Assembly (NCBI GenBank): GCA_951406725.2
Contig: OX597818.1
Span: 15,934,001 to 15,998,000 of the forward strand
Reading direction: 5' to 3'
DNA: 64,000 bases
Source of the DNA: Octopus vulgaris
Lineage: Eukaryota
Positions 1 through 13,339 of the stretch are shown in pieces (the stretch's first letter is position 1; each line of letters opens with the position of its first letter). Below the pieces are notes generated by a model. That model searched no databases, was not told where the DNA came from, and saw nothing but the letters and a program-made list of their open reading frames with translations. Made by a program: the position numbers and the translations under genes.

Positions 1-1364
1 TCTGATTTATCTTTTCATTAATGAGGAGGATGTACCAAAAAAATTTTACAAATAATTTTTTGTGAGTGGTAGAGACTGATGTTTGTCAGTTCAAAAACTG
101 CTGGAACAACAACATAGTCTCCCCCATATTTACTGTGAATTTAACTTCCAACATCACTCTATACTTCACATAACAAAACCTCTCCTATTGTTTATTTCTT
201 GACCCTTTATATCTCATCTCTACATGAGCACAAAGTTGTCAAGTGTAAAATAGAAACTACTCCAGTAACTTCAATCCAAGAAGATGACTGGCCCTGTCAA
301 TGTTCTTGCTATAACAGATACAGAGAGTCATCATGCTAATATAATTAACACACCACCACCAACAGCAACAACAACACCCCCTGGAGTATATGATGCAGAA
401 CAGCTAGATCAAATGTATGCCATAGAGTTACCACTGAAATTCGCTACATTTAGTAAATGAGTGCAATTGAACCAGTGTGTGTGTTGATTATATTGGCTTA
501 ATGACTCTCCCTAGAGACAACAAAATTTGTTTCAACACATGAATCCACATAAAGAATCTTGCAAACCAGATACAAAAATGAAAATGCGACATCAACTTTC
601 AGGAACCTTTGATTTGAAAGCCTTTCCAGATTACTTATTTTTGTGAGGATACTCTAAATTAAACAACTATTAAATTTACTTAAATAATTAAATGAATTAT
701 TGGTACCTGTAAATTAGCATAGATGATATAAGTCTATTAATATTGTACTGTACCTAGCTTCTATTCTTCCACCCCTACACTTCACTCACATTCTCCTTCT
801 CCCTCTTCTTTCCTCTCTCTTTCTTAGAAAAGGACATTGAATAATGTGTTCCTGGGTATTTGTGCCTAGAGAAAAGATAGAATAATCATCAGTGGAATGC
901 CGCTGTTTATCTTTATTGATTTTCAGCTGGTGATCAATAGCATAATTAATTATAAACTTCAGGTAGATTGGTCTTTGGTCCACTGCCTTAGACCATAGTT
1001 CTGCTCAGTCTGTACTGAGCTGGGAGCAAACCACAACATGTGACAAATAACAACACACACAAATACACATAAATATCATTATTGTTTTAACGCCCACTTT
1101 TCCATGCTTGCATGGGTCAGAGGCAAATTTTTACAGGTACATGCCTTTCTCATTAACAACCCTCACTTGTATTCAAGTAATATTTCCCTTCAGTCAGACA
1201 TGTTTTCAATGAAAGATTGGAAGCAAAATATATTGCTTGAATGACAGTAATACCTGTTTACAACTATCACATGATGTCAAGACAAGGGTACAGACAAACA
1301 TAAACACACACACAGACACACATATACACATAAATATATTTAAGTCACAATATATGAATTCAGG

Positions 1365-1575
1365 AAGGTAGCGAGCTGGCAAAAACGTTAGCATGCCAGG
1401 CAAAATGCTTAGCAATATTTTGTCTGTCTCTATGTTCTGAGTTCAAATTCCATCAAGATTGACTTTACCTTTTATCCTTTCAGGGTCAATGAATTAAATA
1501 CCAGTTGCATACTGGGGTCGATCTAATCATCTGGCCTCCTCCCCCAAAATTTCAAGCCTTGTGCTTAGAGTAGAA
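1365..1575 (+). mobile_element. SINE family C (tRNA-like head, Deu/Nin-type central domain)
   Basis: aaggtagcgagctggc...ttctgagttcaaattc...ttttatcctttcagggtcaat...taccagttgcatactggggtcgat; the same sequence recurs >10 times in the window. Confidence 0.8.
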
Positions 1576-1819
1576 AAAAATATATGGATTCAGGTAATCC
1601 AGTAGTACTCATAAAAAAGCTCCTTAATGTATCATTATGCAAAACATATAGAATATATAGCATGATACAAAAGAAATGATAATATAAATTATTTACATGT
1701 TCTTAAGTTATGAAACAATTTGTTGTGGTATTAGAATTTTCTTATTGTTAAATAAAATTTCATCAAACTATTTCTCTGTCATTTATGATTTTATACACAT
1801 AAATATATATACATATATA

Positions 1820-2033
1820 TCTTTTACCTTTTATCTTTTACTTGTTTCAGTCATTTGACTACAGTTATGCTGCGGCACTACCTTGAAGGTTTTAGTTGAA
1901 CAAATCGACCCCAGTACCTATTTTATTAAAACCTGGTACTTATTCTATCAGTCTCTTTTGCTAAAAGAGTTGTCAAGTGGTGATGGTGGACAAACCCAAA
2001 CACAATGACACTCACGCATAGACATATAGGCAT

Positions 2034-2040
<7 letters not shown>
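1820..2040 (-). mobile_element. SINE family A, 3' part
   Basis: cttgtttcagtcatttgact...aaatcgacccc...tacttattctatc matches the tail of full copies (e.g. 43329-43716). Confidence 0.7.
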
Positions 2041-2073
<33 letters not shown>

Positions 2074-2118
2074 GCACACACACACACACACACACGCACA
2101 CACGCACACACGCACACA

Positions 2119-2351
2119 TAATTAGATAAAGATAGTTATGGCCTGGGATTACCCAGTGTTTTACATCCATAAAGTGCTTAGCTTTACAATGTCTCTCCAG
2201 ATGCTAATTGCTAGTGACCTATCACCTACTACATACAGGTTATAAACCACCAGGCATTAGGGTCTGAAGCAATGCTGTAAAGCCAAGCACTTTACAACCA
2301 TGAAACCCAGGGTAACCTCATAGACCAGCCATAACTATCTTTATCTAATTA
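2119..2351. mobile_element. Foldback/MITE-like element with perfect 24-bp terminal inverted repeats
   Basis: taattagataaagatagttatggc (2119-2142) is the reverse complement of gccataactatctttatctaatta (2328-2351); internal arms are imperfectly complementary; partial copy at about 36240-36350. Confidence 0.7.
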
Positions 2352-2434
2352 CTCTATTACTATTCTATAACTTAGAGTATGCTTCTCATTTGGATTTATG
2401 ATTTGCTGATGATACATGCATGCATATACATATA

Positions 2435-3708
2435 TTAGGTTGGCAACTAAGTTCCCACGGTTTTTTTAAATTTAAATTTTTGAAATGGTTTAATAAAATA
2501 TAACAACTAATTAATCAATAATGTATTCACCCTTGTTGTTTACAATTTGTTCCCAATGTTCAACAAGATTTTCAATACCGCGTTGGTAGAAATCGCCCAA
2601 TTTCAACTAAAAAAATTGATCCAACCAAGATCTCAATTCTGCATCAGTATTGAACGAAACTCCGCGCATAGCATTTGAAAGAGATTGAAAGAGGTGGAAA
2701 TACATTGGTGCCAAATCAGGAGAGTACGGCGGGTGTAGCAGCACCACCCAGCCATGCATTTGAATGGCTTCCTTTATCATATGAGGGTGGGCATTGTCGT
2801 GCAGCAGAACTTCATGCTGACGATTAGGTCTTTTCTCTTGAATAGCCATGTTAAGTCATTCCATCTGTTGAACATAGAGTTCCGCATTGATCATTTGGTT
2901 CTGTTCAAGCAATTCATAATGGATAATCCCTTCCCAGTCCCACCATATGCACAATATCATTTTACACAGATGAAGATCTTGTGTCACACGCGGTGTTGCT
3001 TGTTCACTGGGGCTAAGCCATTCCTTATGCTGCTTCATATTGATGTACAGGCACCATTTTTCGTCACCAGTAACGATTCAGTAAAGAAAATCTTTGCTTG
3101 TGTCCATGAGTTGAGCAGTGACAAGCAAGCAGGCCAGCAGAGATTGTGGGACGTTGATTTTTGTTGTTGTCACTTAATGCATGAGGAACCCATGCTCCAT
3201 ACTTCTGAACCTTTCCCATCGAGTGAAGATGCTTCTCTATAGCAGTGTGGGAGCATTCCATTTTCTCTGCCAGTTCCCTCATTGTTTGATGAGAATTTTC
3301 GTGCAAAAGTTGGTTTAATCACTCTTCATTGAACTCAACTGGATAGCCAGAACGAGATGCATCTTTGAAGTCAATATTTTCATTTTTGAACTTGGCATAC
3401 CAATCAAGAGTGGTTCTTTCAGCTGTGGCACTCTCTCCATACACAGCACAAATGTTGTAAGCAGTTTTTGCTGCCTTAGAACTTTGATTAAAAACAAAAA
3501 GAAGGAGGTGTCAAAAATGCTCATTTTTCTTAACTTGACATTCCATTTTAATGATCTGAAAATAAACAAAAATTAACTAAAATTAACTAGAAAAAAAAGC
3601 AAAATAGATTCAAAAATGATTCAAAAATAGAATTCTTGGAAAAAATAGATTCCAAAATTTAAAAACACAATAAATTCCAAAACGGCAGGAACTTAGTTGC
3701 CAACCCAG
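2435..3708 (-). mobile_element. Full-length mariner transposon, transposase pseudogenised
   Basis: TIRs ttaggttggcaactaagttcc / ggaacttagttgccaacccag, TA on both flanks, 1274 bp. ORF fragments carry WVPHAL, MILCIWWDWEGIIHYELL, LLHDNAHPH and HPPYSPDLAP motifs, broken by frameshifts/stops. Confidence 0.95.
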
Positions 3709-4084
3709 TATATAAAAGAGGAATATAAAAATACATTATGAAGGATGTATTGTAAACAATTCAAAATTATTTATGAATATATCAGTGGTGGGAACATGCA
3801 ATCAAAAAATTATTTTATCAAAGAAGAGTGTATAATTTGTGAATAAATCACAATTATCATGGAGAGGTTTGCAAAAACACACCGTTCAACTCAGTACACA
3901 CAGCACACACCATTATCTTCCCACTCCTCACATACTAGCACCCAATACCTCCCAACCCCTAACTTTCATCACTCCTATCCCACCTCACACCTTTATGCAT
4001 TCCCCCACAACACACAGTATTCACTCCAAAATCACATACACACCTACATAGCTATCATGTACACACACACCTACATAGCTACCT

Positions 4085-4135
4085 ACCTACCTACCTACAT
4101 ACATACATACATACATACATACATACATACATACA

Positions 4136-4163
<28 letters not shown>
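4085..4163. repeat. (CATA)n microsatellite
   Basis: Direct reading. Confidence 0.95.
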
Positions 4164-4166
<3 letters not shown>

Positions 4167-5030
4167 GGAATGTCCCAATAAAGACTTTAGTAAAATGTTA
4201 GCACAACAGACCTGATTTGGGATAGAGAAGAGAAACCTGTGCACAGTTGTGGAAATTAACTGCCCAGCAGATGTTAACATAAAGCTGAAGATCAGTGAAA
4301 AAGAGAATGCTTATGCTGAGCTATTGAGAAATCTGCAGTTACTCTATCCAGATTACAAGTTCAGGTGTATACCTGTAATTACTGGGGCCCTAGGATATGT
4401 AACTCACTGCTAAATACCAATCTAGAGAAATTGGGTTTCTCAAAACCAGGAAGGAGAAAGCTAATTCAAAGACTACAGATCCAATACATCACTGGAACTG
4501 TAAAAATCTGTAAAACTTTCCAGAAGTTTATCATTTAAATATATATGAGCATATCTAGATATGTGGAGGCGTATGGCTTAGTGGTTAGGGTGCCAGCCCC
4601 ATTATCGTAAGATTGTGGTTTCGATTCCTGGACCGGGCAATGTGTTGTGTTCTTGAGCAAAGCACTTCATTTCACGTTGCTCCAGTTCACTCAGCTGGCA
4701 AAAATGAGTAACGCTGTGATGGACTGGTGTCCTGTCAAGCTGGGGAACACATATGCCATAGAAACCGGGAAACTGGGCCCATGAGCCTGGCTAGGCTTTA
4801 AAAGGGCACATTTATTTATTTTTTTTTATATCTAGATATGCAGCTATATGCATGAGAATACATACATAAAGCATACAAATCTGCACATACATACATACAT
4901 ACATACAAACAAACAAAAACACCCTGTTGTTGATGTTGAAATTCCAATGCTGGAGCCTTGGATGTAGATTTGAGAAACCGATTCTTTCTCTATTGGCAAG
5001 AAATCTTGAAATAGAACTGAAGAATGACAT
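4164..5030 (+). mobile_element. 5'-truncated R4/Dong-like non-LTR retrotransposon (restriction-like endonuclease C-terminus + 3' UTR) in (CATA)n
   Basis: Decayed translation HNRPDL..DREEK..CTVVEI.CPADVNIKLKISEKENAYAELLRNLQLLYPDYKFRCIPVITGALG (PD-(D/E)xK-type RLE). Flanked by CATA repeats; the 3' UTR recurs at about 26255-26430. Confidence 0.8.
4565..4828 (+). mobile_element. SINE family B nested in the R4-like element
   Basis: A box tggcttagtgg and B-box-like ggtttcgattcc; 13-bp flanking direct repeat atatctagatatg; (ttta)n tail. Confidence 0.9.
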
Positions 5031-5049
5031 ACATACATACTTATGTATG

Positions 5050-6220
5050 TATAGTTTGAATTTACAGAAATCAAAGGACAAAGACAGATGTGAGAACAAC
5101 AAGCAGGTGTATTAGCTTGATGCTCAGAAAGAATGGAAATGTCTTTGACTTGTTGAGTCTACGCTCTTTGACAGAAAGGATTAAGAGAAGAAAATATGGA
5201 GAGAGAAGGAAAAACACAGAGAGAGAAAAAAATGTGTGGGGTTTAATGGTTCAACATGATGAAATGACTAGAAGAAAGAGGCTGAGTGAAAGGGAGATAA
5301 TAATGGTGACCTGGCTGAATTAGGGTGCTCAAGCACTTGTGTGTATGTGACAATGGTGTGTGAGTGTGTATGTGTGAATGGGGGAAAGCGCATGCGAATG
5401 TATGTGCAGGTGAGCTTTAAATTATGTGGGCCTTTGTGTGCATATGGAAGCTTGTGTGTGTATGTGTGTACGTAACCTAGTCCATGTATTTTGTGGAGTG
5501 ATGTGCATTTCGTGTATTTGTGTGTGTGGGGGAGGTATACATATGGATGCATGTATATGTGTGAGGCTGTGTATAGTATGTGTGTGCATGTGCAAAAGCT
5601 TGTGTGTAGCAGTTGATGTGCGTGTATTTGAGTTGATGTGTGTGTATTTGAGTGCACATGTGTCTGTGTTAGTGTATGGAGTGTGTCTGTGTTAGTGTAT
5701 GGAGTGTGTGTGTGTTAGTGCATGGAGTGTGTGTGTGTTAGTGCATGGAGTGTTTGTGTATGTTAGTGCATGGAGTGTGTGTGTGTGTTAGTGCATGGAG
5801 TGTGTGTGTGTTAGTGCATGGAGTGTGTGTGTGTGTGTGTGTGTGTGTGTTAGTGCATGGAGTGTTTGTGTGTGTTAGTGCATGGAATGTGTGTATGACC
5901 CTATAGTGTGTGTGTGTATTGTGCATGATTATGTGCAAATGTGTGTTTATGTGTGTTGTTTGTGTGTATGTATATTGTCTGTATTCAATTGTGTTATTTG
6001 CTTAAGTGTTGTGTGTGATTTTGAAGTGAATACTGTGTGTTATGGGAGAATGCATAGAGGTGTGAGGTGGGATAGAGGTGATGAGGGGTAGAGTTTGGGA
6101 GGTATTGGGTGCTAGTGTGTGTGGAGTTGGAAGATGTGTATGAGTGTGTGTGGGTGTAATGATGCGTAGTATGAGAACTGAGTTGAATAGTGTGTACAGG
6201 TGTTATGTTTGCACCTATCT
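5050..6220 (-). mobile_element. Decayed Penelope-like terminal region with degenerate hammerhead (5141-5178)
   Basis: 5050-5250 aligns with 58291-58480, including gagtctacgctctttgacagaaag; 6050-6215 has an inverted relative at 3860-4030. Confidence 0.5.
5685..5890. repeat. Minisatellite, about 22-30 bp unit gtgttagtgcatggagt(gt)n, about 8 copies
   Basis: Direct reading. Confidence 0.9.
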
Positions 6221-6465
6221 ATATAATAAAAAAAAATGCTTTTGATTTACAAATCATTTTCATTGTCATCTCTCTTTATCTCTGGAATCATCTTCATTCG
6301 CTAAAATTACAGCCAATCATATTTGTGCTTTAAACGATGACGAGTGCTCTAGTTGATCCAATCAATGGAATAGTGTGTGCATATAATGTATGAATGTATA
6401 TGTGTATGTGTGTGTTGGAGTACACACACATATATATGTGTGTCTGTATATTCATGCACACACTG

Positions 6466-6497
<32 letters not shown>

Positions 6498-6504
6498 TAT
6501 ATAA

Positions 6505-6830
6505 CTGGCACTTTGTTGGTTATGACAATGAGGGTTCCAGTTGGTCTGATCAACAGAGCAGCCTGCTTGTGAAATTAACATGCAAGCGGCTGAGCACTCC
6601 ACAGACATGCATACCTTTAATATAGTTCTTAAGGAGGTTCAGCATGATACAGAATGTGAGAAGGCTGGCCCTTTGAAATACTGATACTACTCATTTTTTA
6701 CTAGTTGAGTGGACAGGTGCAACAAGAAATAAAGTGTCTTGCTCAAGGACACAGCATACTGCCAGGAATTGAATTTATGACCTTATGATTGTGAGCCAAT
6801 TACCCTAACCACTAAGCCATGTGCCTTCAC
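6505..6830 (-). mobile_element. SINE family B
   Basis: ccctaaccactaagccatgtgccttc head (reverse complement); aagtgtcttgctcaagga body. Confidence 0.85.
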
Positions 6831-7107
6831 TTTACAAAATCCTTATTGACACCCTCAATGCTACGAGTCAAAAGTTGGTTCTACATTTTAGTTTGTTGGT
6901 AGTTGTTGTTGTTGCAGTTATTATTGTTCACTCCCAAATTAGTCCTGACCAAGTAGACTTTTGATACAACACAACTGTCCCATCTTTCCTGTTGTTTCAG
7001 ACACAATCTTTGTCATACCACATTATCCAATGTGTCTCTGTGTCCTTCCTTTTGTGAGACAATAAGTTGTGGCTACTATTTCTAGCAGGTCAAGCATCAG
7101 CCTAAAG

Positions 7108-7295
7108 CAGTGCTCCACAACATTTTGTCACTTGTGGTACATTTATATTCTTTACAAAATTCAGCAGCACACCTTGAACTAAAAGTATAACTAAAAGTAT
7201 AGGTGAAAAAAATTATATTCAGGTTACCCTGCGGCACACCTAGCATCATCTTGTGGAACACCAGTGTGCCATGGCATACTGGTTGCAGAGCACTG
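7108..7295. mobile_element. hAT (Charlie-type) MITE
   Basis: TIRs cagtgctccacaac / gttgcagagcactg; near-identical 8-bp flanks gcctaaag / gcataaag. Confidence 0.7.
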
Positions 7296-7944
7296 CATAA
7301 AGGTATCTTTGGTGGTTTATCACTCTAAAGATTGTAACAGTCTGCCATATCAAATTAACCATTTTCACCCCATTTTCATAAAATTTATCCAGGGGAAGGA
7401 TTTTTCCCAGCCTTCTTTATATATATAATATAGCTTGATCTTTTAAACATGTCAAAGCTGATACATGTCTAGTTTCTATGTTTTTGCACCTGTGTGTGTG
7501 TGTGTGTGTGCGTGTGTGTGTAACTTCGAAATTGCAACCTAGTACTGCAAGTCAAAGTAGCTAGAACTCTCAATAATGTCATAACAGCCCATCTATCTAG
7601 GACATGACGTTTTAAAATAAACATTATATATGCAGATATTCAATGTTTACTTCACTGTTACAACCACCACCAGACTGCCACCACCACCACCACCATGATG
7701 ATGATGACTACGATAACAACAATGACAAAGACAACGACGATGACGATGACTACTACCATCACCACCATCACCAGCATTACATTGTAAAATCATGGTTTTG
7801 ACAATAATATATTGCTCAACCAGATTAGATTGTGCTTCTTTCATTGCTGTGGAATGCTTGAAATTTTCTCACCAGGACAGCCAGTCATGGGGAGTTACTG
7901 GCCTGAAAAGAGCAATCATGAATGCTCTACATGTATTTATTAAG

Positions 7945-8465
7945 GCACAGGTATTACTGTGTGGTAAGAAGTTGAATCACAATACTGGTTTCAGGTTCAA
8001 TCCCATAGCCTGGTGCCTTGGGTAAGTGTCTTCTGCTATAACTCCAGGCCCAACAAAGCCTTGTAAGTAGATTTGGTAAACAGAAACTGAAAGAACCCCA
8101 TCATATATTTGTGTGTGTGTGTGAGTGTGTGTGTGTGTTTGTGTGAGTGTGTGTGTGTGTTTGTGAGTATGTGTATGTGTGTGAGTGTGTGTGTGTGTGT
8201 GTGTGTATGTGCATACATACATGTGTGTTTATGTGTCTGTTGTGTGCATGTGTGTGTGTGTGTCTTTGTGTTGGTGTTTGTTCCACACCACCACTTGACA
8301 ACTAGTGTTGGTTTGTTTAAGATCCCCTACTTTAACAGTTTGACAAAATAGAGACCAATAAAGCAAGTACCAGGCTTAAAATAGTACTGGGGGTCGATTT
8401 GTTCACCTAAAACCCTTCTAGGAGGTGCTCCAGCATGACTGCAGGCTGATGACTAAAATAAGTAT
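7945..8465 (+). mobile_element. SINE family A (tRNA head, CORE-like ccttgggcaagt box, internal GT microsatellite)
   Basis: ctgtgtggtaagaag...ggttcaatccc...ccttgggtaagtgtcttctgctata...gaaactgaaagaa. Confidence 0.85.
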
Positions 8466-8851
8466 ATTTTGTACTCTGTTGCAAGTTTAAACAATATTCA
8501 TTTGTTGATTTAACATCCATTTTTCCCATGCTAGCATAGTTTTGGATGGTGGGTTATTTGAGGCAGGAATTTTTACAGCTGGATGCTTTTCCTGTTGCCA
8601 ACGCTTACATGTTTTTCAAGTAATGATCTCTGCAAAATCATAGAATGGGTGGCTGGCTGGTCATAATGTCACCAAGAAGTATCAACATCAGTACCACTTC
8701 AACTAAGTGGTGACCAAGAAAGAAATATAAACATTGATGCAAGATCACATATGCACCCTCTCTCTCTTTCTCTACAATGTCAAGTTAGTTACAACCTTCT
8801 TGACTGTACTGAACTATAGCTAATTTACTCAAGGTATACTACATCAAATGT

Positions 8852-8852
<1 letters not shown>

Positions 8853-8904
<52 letters not shown>

Positions 8905-9019
8905 TGTCTGTCTGTCTGTGTCTGCCTGCCTGCCTGTCTGTCTGTCTGTGTCTGTGTCTGCCTGTCCCTGTCTGTGCCTGAGCCTGCCTCTGTGTGTGTG
9001 TGTGTATGTGTGTGTGTGT

Positions 9020-9059
<40 letters not shown>

Positions 9060-9072
9060 ATGTGTGTGTGCA
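8853..9072. repeat. Compound (GT)n/(GTCT)n microsatellite
   Basis: Direct reading. Confidence 0.95.
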
Positions 9073-9120
9073 TGTGTTTATTCTATTAATGGATTATAAT
9101 CTCATGGTTTTGACACCCAT

Positions 9121-9340
9121 ATATGGGATTAGAGAAAAGTTTCTAACTTTAAGGGTATCGCAAAAGGCCTGGTTGGAGACCCAAACTTCCGAGTTCTTTT
9201 ACAGGGCTTAGAAAATCTGATGTGTTGCTGCAATATCTGTGTGAATCTGAGAGGGGAACATGTTAAATAAAGTCATAATTAACTGATCCTCCTGTATTTT
9301 CTTTTACCCAAAGCCAGGAACTTTTCAGCACTTCCTCATA
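9121..9340. mobile_element. Short decayed mariner-type MITE
   Basis: Imperfect TIRs tatgggattagagaaaagtttctaactt / aagccaggaacttttcagcacttcctcata. Confidence 0.45.
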
Positions 9341-9409
9341 TATTGCACAACCAGAATTGATTGTGTTCTTTACATTGCAGTATTAGTTAATCTATTGAGA
9401 ACCCGTGAA

Positions 9410-10125
9410 AATGTGTGGCTTAGTGGTTAAGGCATTCTGCTCACTATCGTAAGATCATGAGTTCAATTCCTGGCAATGCGTTGCGTCCTTGAGCAAGACA
9501 CTTTATTACACGTTGCTACAGTCCACTCAGCTGGCAAAAATGAGTAGTACCAGTATTTCAAAGGGTCAGCCCCTTTTCACACTCTATGTCATGCTGAATC
9601 TCCCTGAGAACTATGTTAAGGGTACACAGGAGTGGCTGTGTGGTAAGTAGCTTGCTTACCAGCCACATGGTTCCGGGTTCAGTCCTACTGCGTGGCACCT
9701 TGGGCAAGTGGTTTCTACTATAGCCTTGGGCCAACCAAAGCCTTGTGAGTGAATTTGGTAGACGGAAACTGAAAGAAGCCTGTTGTATGTATATATGTGT
9801 GTGTGTGTGTGTGTTTGCCCCACCCACCCACCCAACATCGCTTGACAACCGATCCTGGTGTATTTATGTCTCCGTAACTTAGCAGTTCGGCAAACGAAAT
9901 GATAGAATAAGTACTAGGCTTACAAAGAATAAGTCCTTGGGTCGATTTGCTCGACTAAAGGCAGTGTTCCAGCATGGCCGCAGTCAAATGACTGAAACAA
10001 GTAAAAGAGTAAAAGAGAGTATGTCTGTGGAGTATTCAGCCACTTACATGTTAATTTCACTAGCAGGCTGATCTGTTAATCAGATCAACTGGAACCTTTG
10101 TTGTCATAACTGACAGAATATCAGT
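9410..10125 (+). mobile_element. SINE family B interrupted by a full SINE family A copy (9628-10020)
   Basis: The family B sequence gggtacac|atgtctgtggag (contiguous at 25563-25582) is split by aggagtggctgtgtggtaag...gagtaaaagagagt. Confidence 0.9.
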
Positions 10126-11213
10126 TTTTATTGAGAACCTGGAATGTCTGAAATAAATGTTCTCTTTCCCAACAGGCTGGCCATTCATGAGAAATTATTG
10201 GCCTAAAAATGCAATCATGAATATTGAATATCTATTCATGTAGGGATAGACTGGTCACATAGTAAGAAGTTTGCTTCCCAACCACACAGTTCCAAATTAA
10301 GCCCCACCATGTAGCACTTTGGACAAGTTTCTTCTACTGTATGTACAGTGTATGTACATACTACACACACACTTGCATATACTCCTACACCACATAATAT
10401 GTATACACATGTATATAATAGGCTTTATATAATCACTATCTGCCAAATATCCTCAAAAGATATTGTTCAGCCAACGGTTACAATAGAAGACACTTATCCA
10501 AGATTCCTTCTGATGGGATTGATCTCAAAACCATGTAGTTGCAAAGAAAACTTGACTACACAGCCATGCCTAGGCCAGCCAACCTGACCAGCACCATCTG
10601 GCATGTTACTGCTCAGCCTCCGAGCCTCACAGTGGAGCTTGGCTCAATGCGGTGCCATCACTTGACTAGCACTCGGTTTGTCAGTGACTGTGTGCATCAG
10701 CATTTTCCTGAGGCTTGACCTCCAGATCTATAAACCTCTTGAATGCTGCTGCATAATCCTTCCATGGTTACCTTCCATACCATGCCACCCTTAACAAAAT
10801 CATAAAGCATGGCCTAGATGCTGCAGGCTTCCTTTCCCTGGTCAAACCAGACTGAGGGGACAGTAAAAAACCTGATGGTATGACAATTTTCCTGTTCTGT
10901 GGTGATAGGCTCTTTATCTAGGATGCTACATGCTGTGACGCCTTCTCCTGTGGCAACTTGGTGTGTTCAGCTTGGTGGGGTCGTTTGTTAGGTTATCTGC
11001 TATTTTAAAAATTGAACAGGTATTGGAAGGGTAGGATAGGGAGGATTTTACGTTCATTATATGGGAATACGGAACTGGTTTCTGTTCTGGGTTTAGTGGA
11101 GAGAGGAATATCCTACATGGGGATATGTTCAATTGAGTATTTATATCCAGCACATTGTAGGACACAATTGTAATATTCAACATATTGGTTGGCTAAATCT
11201 TTATTAGTAGATA

Positions 11214-12047
11214 GTGAGGGTGAAGTTAAAAATAGATCTTGGTTTCTCCAGTTTTCTTCCTTGTACTACAGGGTAAACATGGTTACTCAGCTAGCAGTGT
11301 GCAACAAGGAAGAACAGAGATCAGTGATTTTATTGGTCTGAAAGTGAGTCAGGAGCTGAAATTCATTGCAGCCTTTCAACACAATTCAGGAACAGTGGTC
11401 TACCATGTAGAAGTGTGTATGAGTGAATCGAGAAATTTAAAAATAGTTGGACAAGCATGATGCATGAAGAGAGAGTAGGATGCCCATCAACCTCCACCAC
11501 TGACCCAAAGATTCAGTGATGCTAACTGTTTTGGGGGATGCAAAATGGCCTATATTGGAACATTACCTGGAAAAGGGTCTACAGTCATCAGCGTAGACTA
11601 TAGAAAAATGCTGGCTAACAAACTGAAAACACCAATTTGCGCCAAAAGCTGATGTCAATTGTTAAAACAAGTGTTATTGTGGCATGAAAATGGATGCCCA
11701 CATATGGCTGCCCATACCATTGAAACCATTGAAAAATTGGGTATAGAATTGCTGGAATGCCCTGCATACAATCCATGTCTTGCTCCTTTTCACTATTACC
11801 TCTTTGGACTACTCAAACATCCTTTACGAGCTTGTCAGTTTGCTACAGATGAAGAAGCACAGGAAATGGTTAACAAATGGCTGCATGACCAGCCACAAAC
11901 TTTCTCTGATGGAATAAGTAAGCTTGCGGATCACTGGAAGAAGTGCACTAAAAAGCAAGGAGGCTATGTTGAAAAATAATGTAATTGTTCAACTCTTGCT
12001 TTTGTTTTAATAAACTATAGAAACAAGAGTTTTTTTCCTTACCCTAG
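11214..12047 (+). mobile_element. Internally deleted mariner relic
   Basis: ORF 11659-11979 gives LLWHENGCPH...LECPAYNPCLAPFHYYLFGLLK...GGYVEK (decayed HDNA and PYSPDLAP motifs); weak gagggt / accctag termini flanked by TA. Confidence 0.85.
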
Positions 12048-12285
12048 TATATGTGTATATGTGTATGTGAGTGTCTGTACATATGTATGTGTGTGAGTTT
12101 GTGTGTTATGTCTCCTTGTCTTAACTTCACACGGTAGTTGTAAACAGGTGTCATCATCATGCAAGCTGTGTCCTTCATTCCCAATTTTCCATGGAAAACA
12201 TGTCTGATCATGGGGAAATATTACATTACTTAGAAGCAAAATTCTATCCAGCCTATTCTAGCATGAAAAAGTGGGCATAAAACTG

Positions 12286-12486
12286 ATGGTGGTGGTGGTG
12301 GTGGTGGTGGTGGCAGCAGCAGAGGGGGAGGCGGCGGCAGTGGTGGTGGCGGCGGCAGTGATGGTGGTGGTGGTGGTCGTCGTCGTCGTGTTGGTGGTCG
12401 TGGTCATGGTCATGGTTGTGGTGGTGGTGATGGTGGTGGTGGTGGTGATGGTGGTGGTGGTGGTGGTGGTGATGGTAGTGGCGGTG
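12286..12486. repeat. (GGT)n-type trinucleotide low-complexity tract
   Basis: Direct reading; follows an RTE-tail-like fragment at about 12075-12290. Confidence 0.9.
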
Positions 12487-12727
12487 CTATATGAGGGGCT
12501 TGAAAAACATATTATTCATGATTTTGTTGCACACACATATATGATTAATAAAACAAGAAAGCAATAGATTTCTTATAATTTTTTCTCAGTTTTTTTTAAC
12601 TTTAGAAATATAGTTTCTTTATTCCTGTGTGAAGTGCACCATTAATTTTTTTATTTAATTTCCAGTACACCTCTTGATTAAAAAAAGATTGAGAGCTATT
12701 GAGTTAATAACATAGCTAAATAGTAAA

Positions 12728-12975
12728 AAGTAAAGTTCCTTCCCAAGCCATACCTGCTCATAAGGGCCAGTTTTCAGGTTTCCATGGTGTATATACTCCC
12801 CACCTAGACAGGATGCCAGTCCATCACAGCATTACACATTTTTGACAGCTGAGTGGAATGGAGTAATGTGAAATTAAGTGTCTTGCTCAAGAACACATCA
12901 CCTGGTCCGGGAATTGAAACCACAATGTTATAGTCATAAGTTCAACACCCTGACTACTAAGTCATGCGCCTCCAC
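12728..12975 (-). mobile_element. SINE family B
   Basis: Reverse-complement head ...actactaagtcatgcgcctcc; aagtgtcttgctcaagaacac. Confidence 0.85.
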
Positions 12976-13339
12976 CACATAACTAAATGACTCACCAATA
13001 ACCGTAAGTTTGAATGTATATAAATGTAAATTAATAACCTGAGTAGAGAAGTTATGAATTTCAAATTAGTTGTATATATATATGTTCTCTTTCTCACTGA
13101 TTTTGAAAGAAATACATCAGCTAGTTAAAAATAGTTGGACAAGCAGCATAAAAATTATACCAGGCCTATTGTTATGTTTATATTTGGCAGTAGTTTTGAT
13201 GGAAATGTTCATCTGATATTTCTTATATTGAAACATAAATATCAGAAGTATTTTCTATATTTGTCTCAGGAGAGCCTTTTTTATGGATGGCATTGGATCT
13301 TGCTTTGCAAAGAACATCATACCTCATCAAATTGTCAGT

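Noticed and set aside
284-460. 58-codon Pro/Thr-rich frame near the window start
   Set aside because: Short, no recognisable homology and no convincing splice signals
4565-4640. tRNA genes at SINE heads
   Set aside because: A/B boxes run directly into SINE bodies and no complete cloverleaf is evident
12271-12567. Poly-Val ORF and the many VCVC/HTHT/IYIY/MYVC ORFs
   Set aside because: Translations of simple repeats
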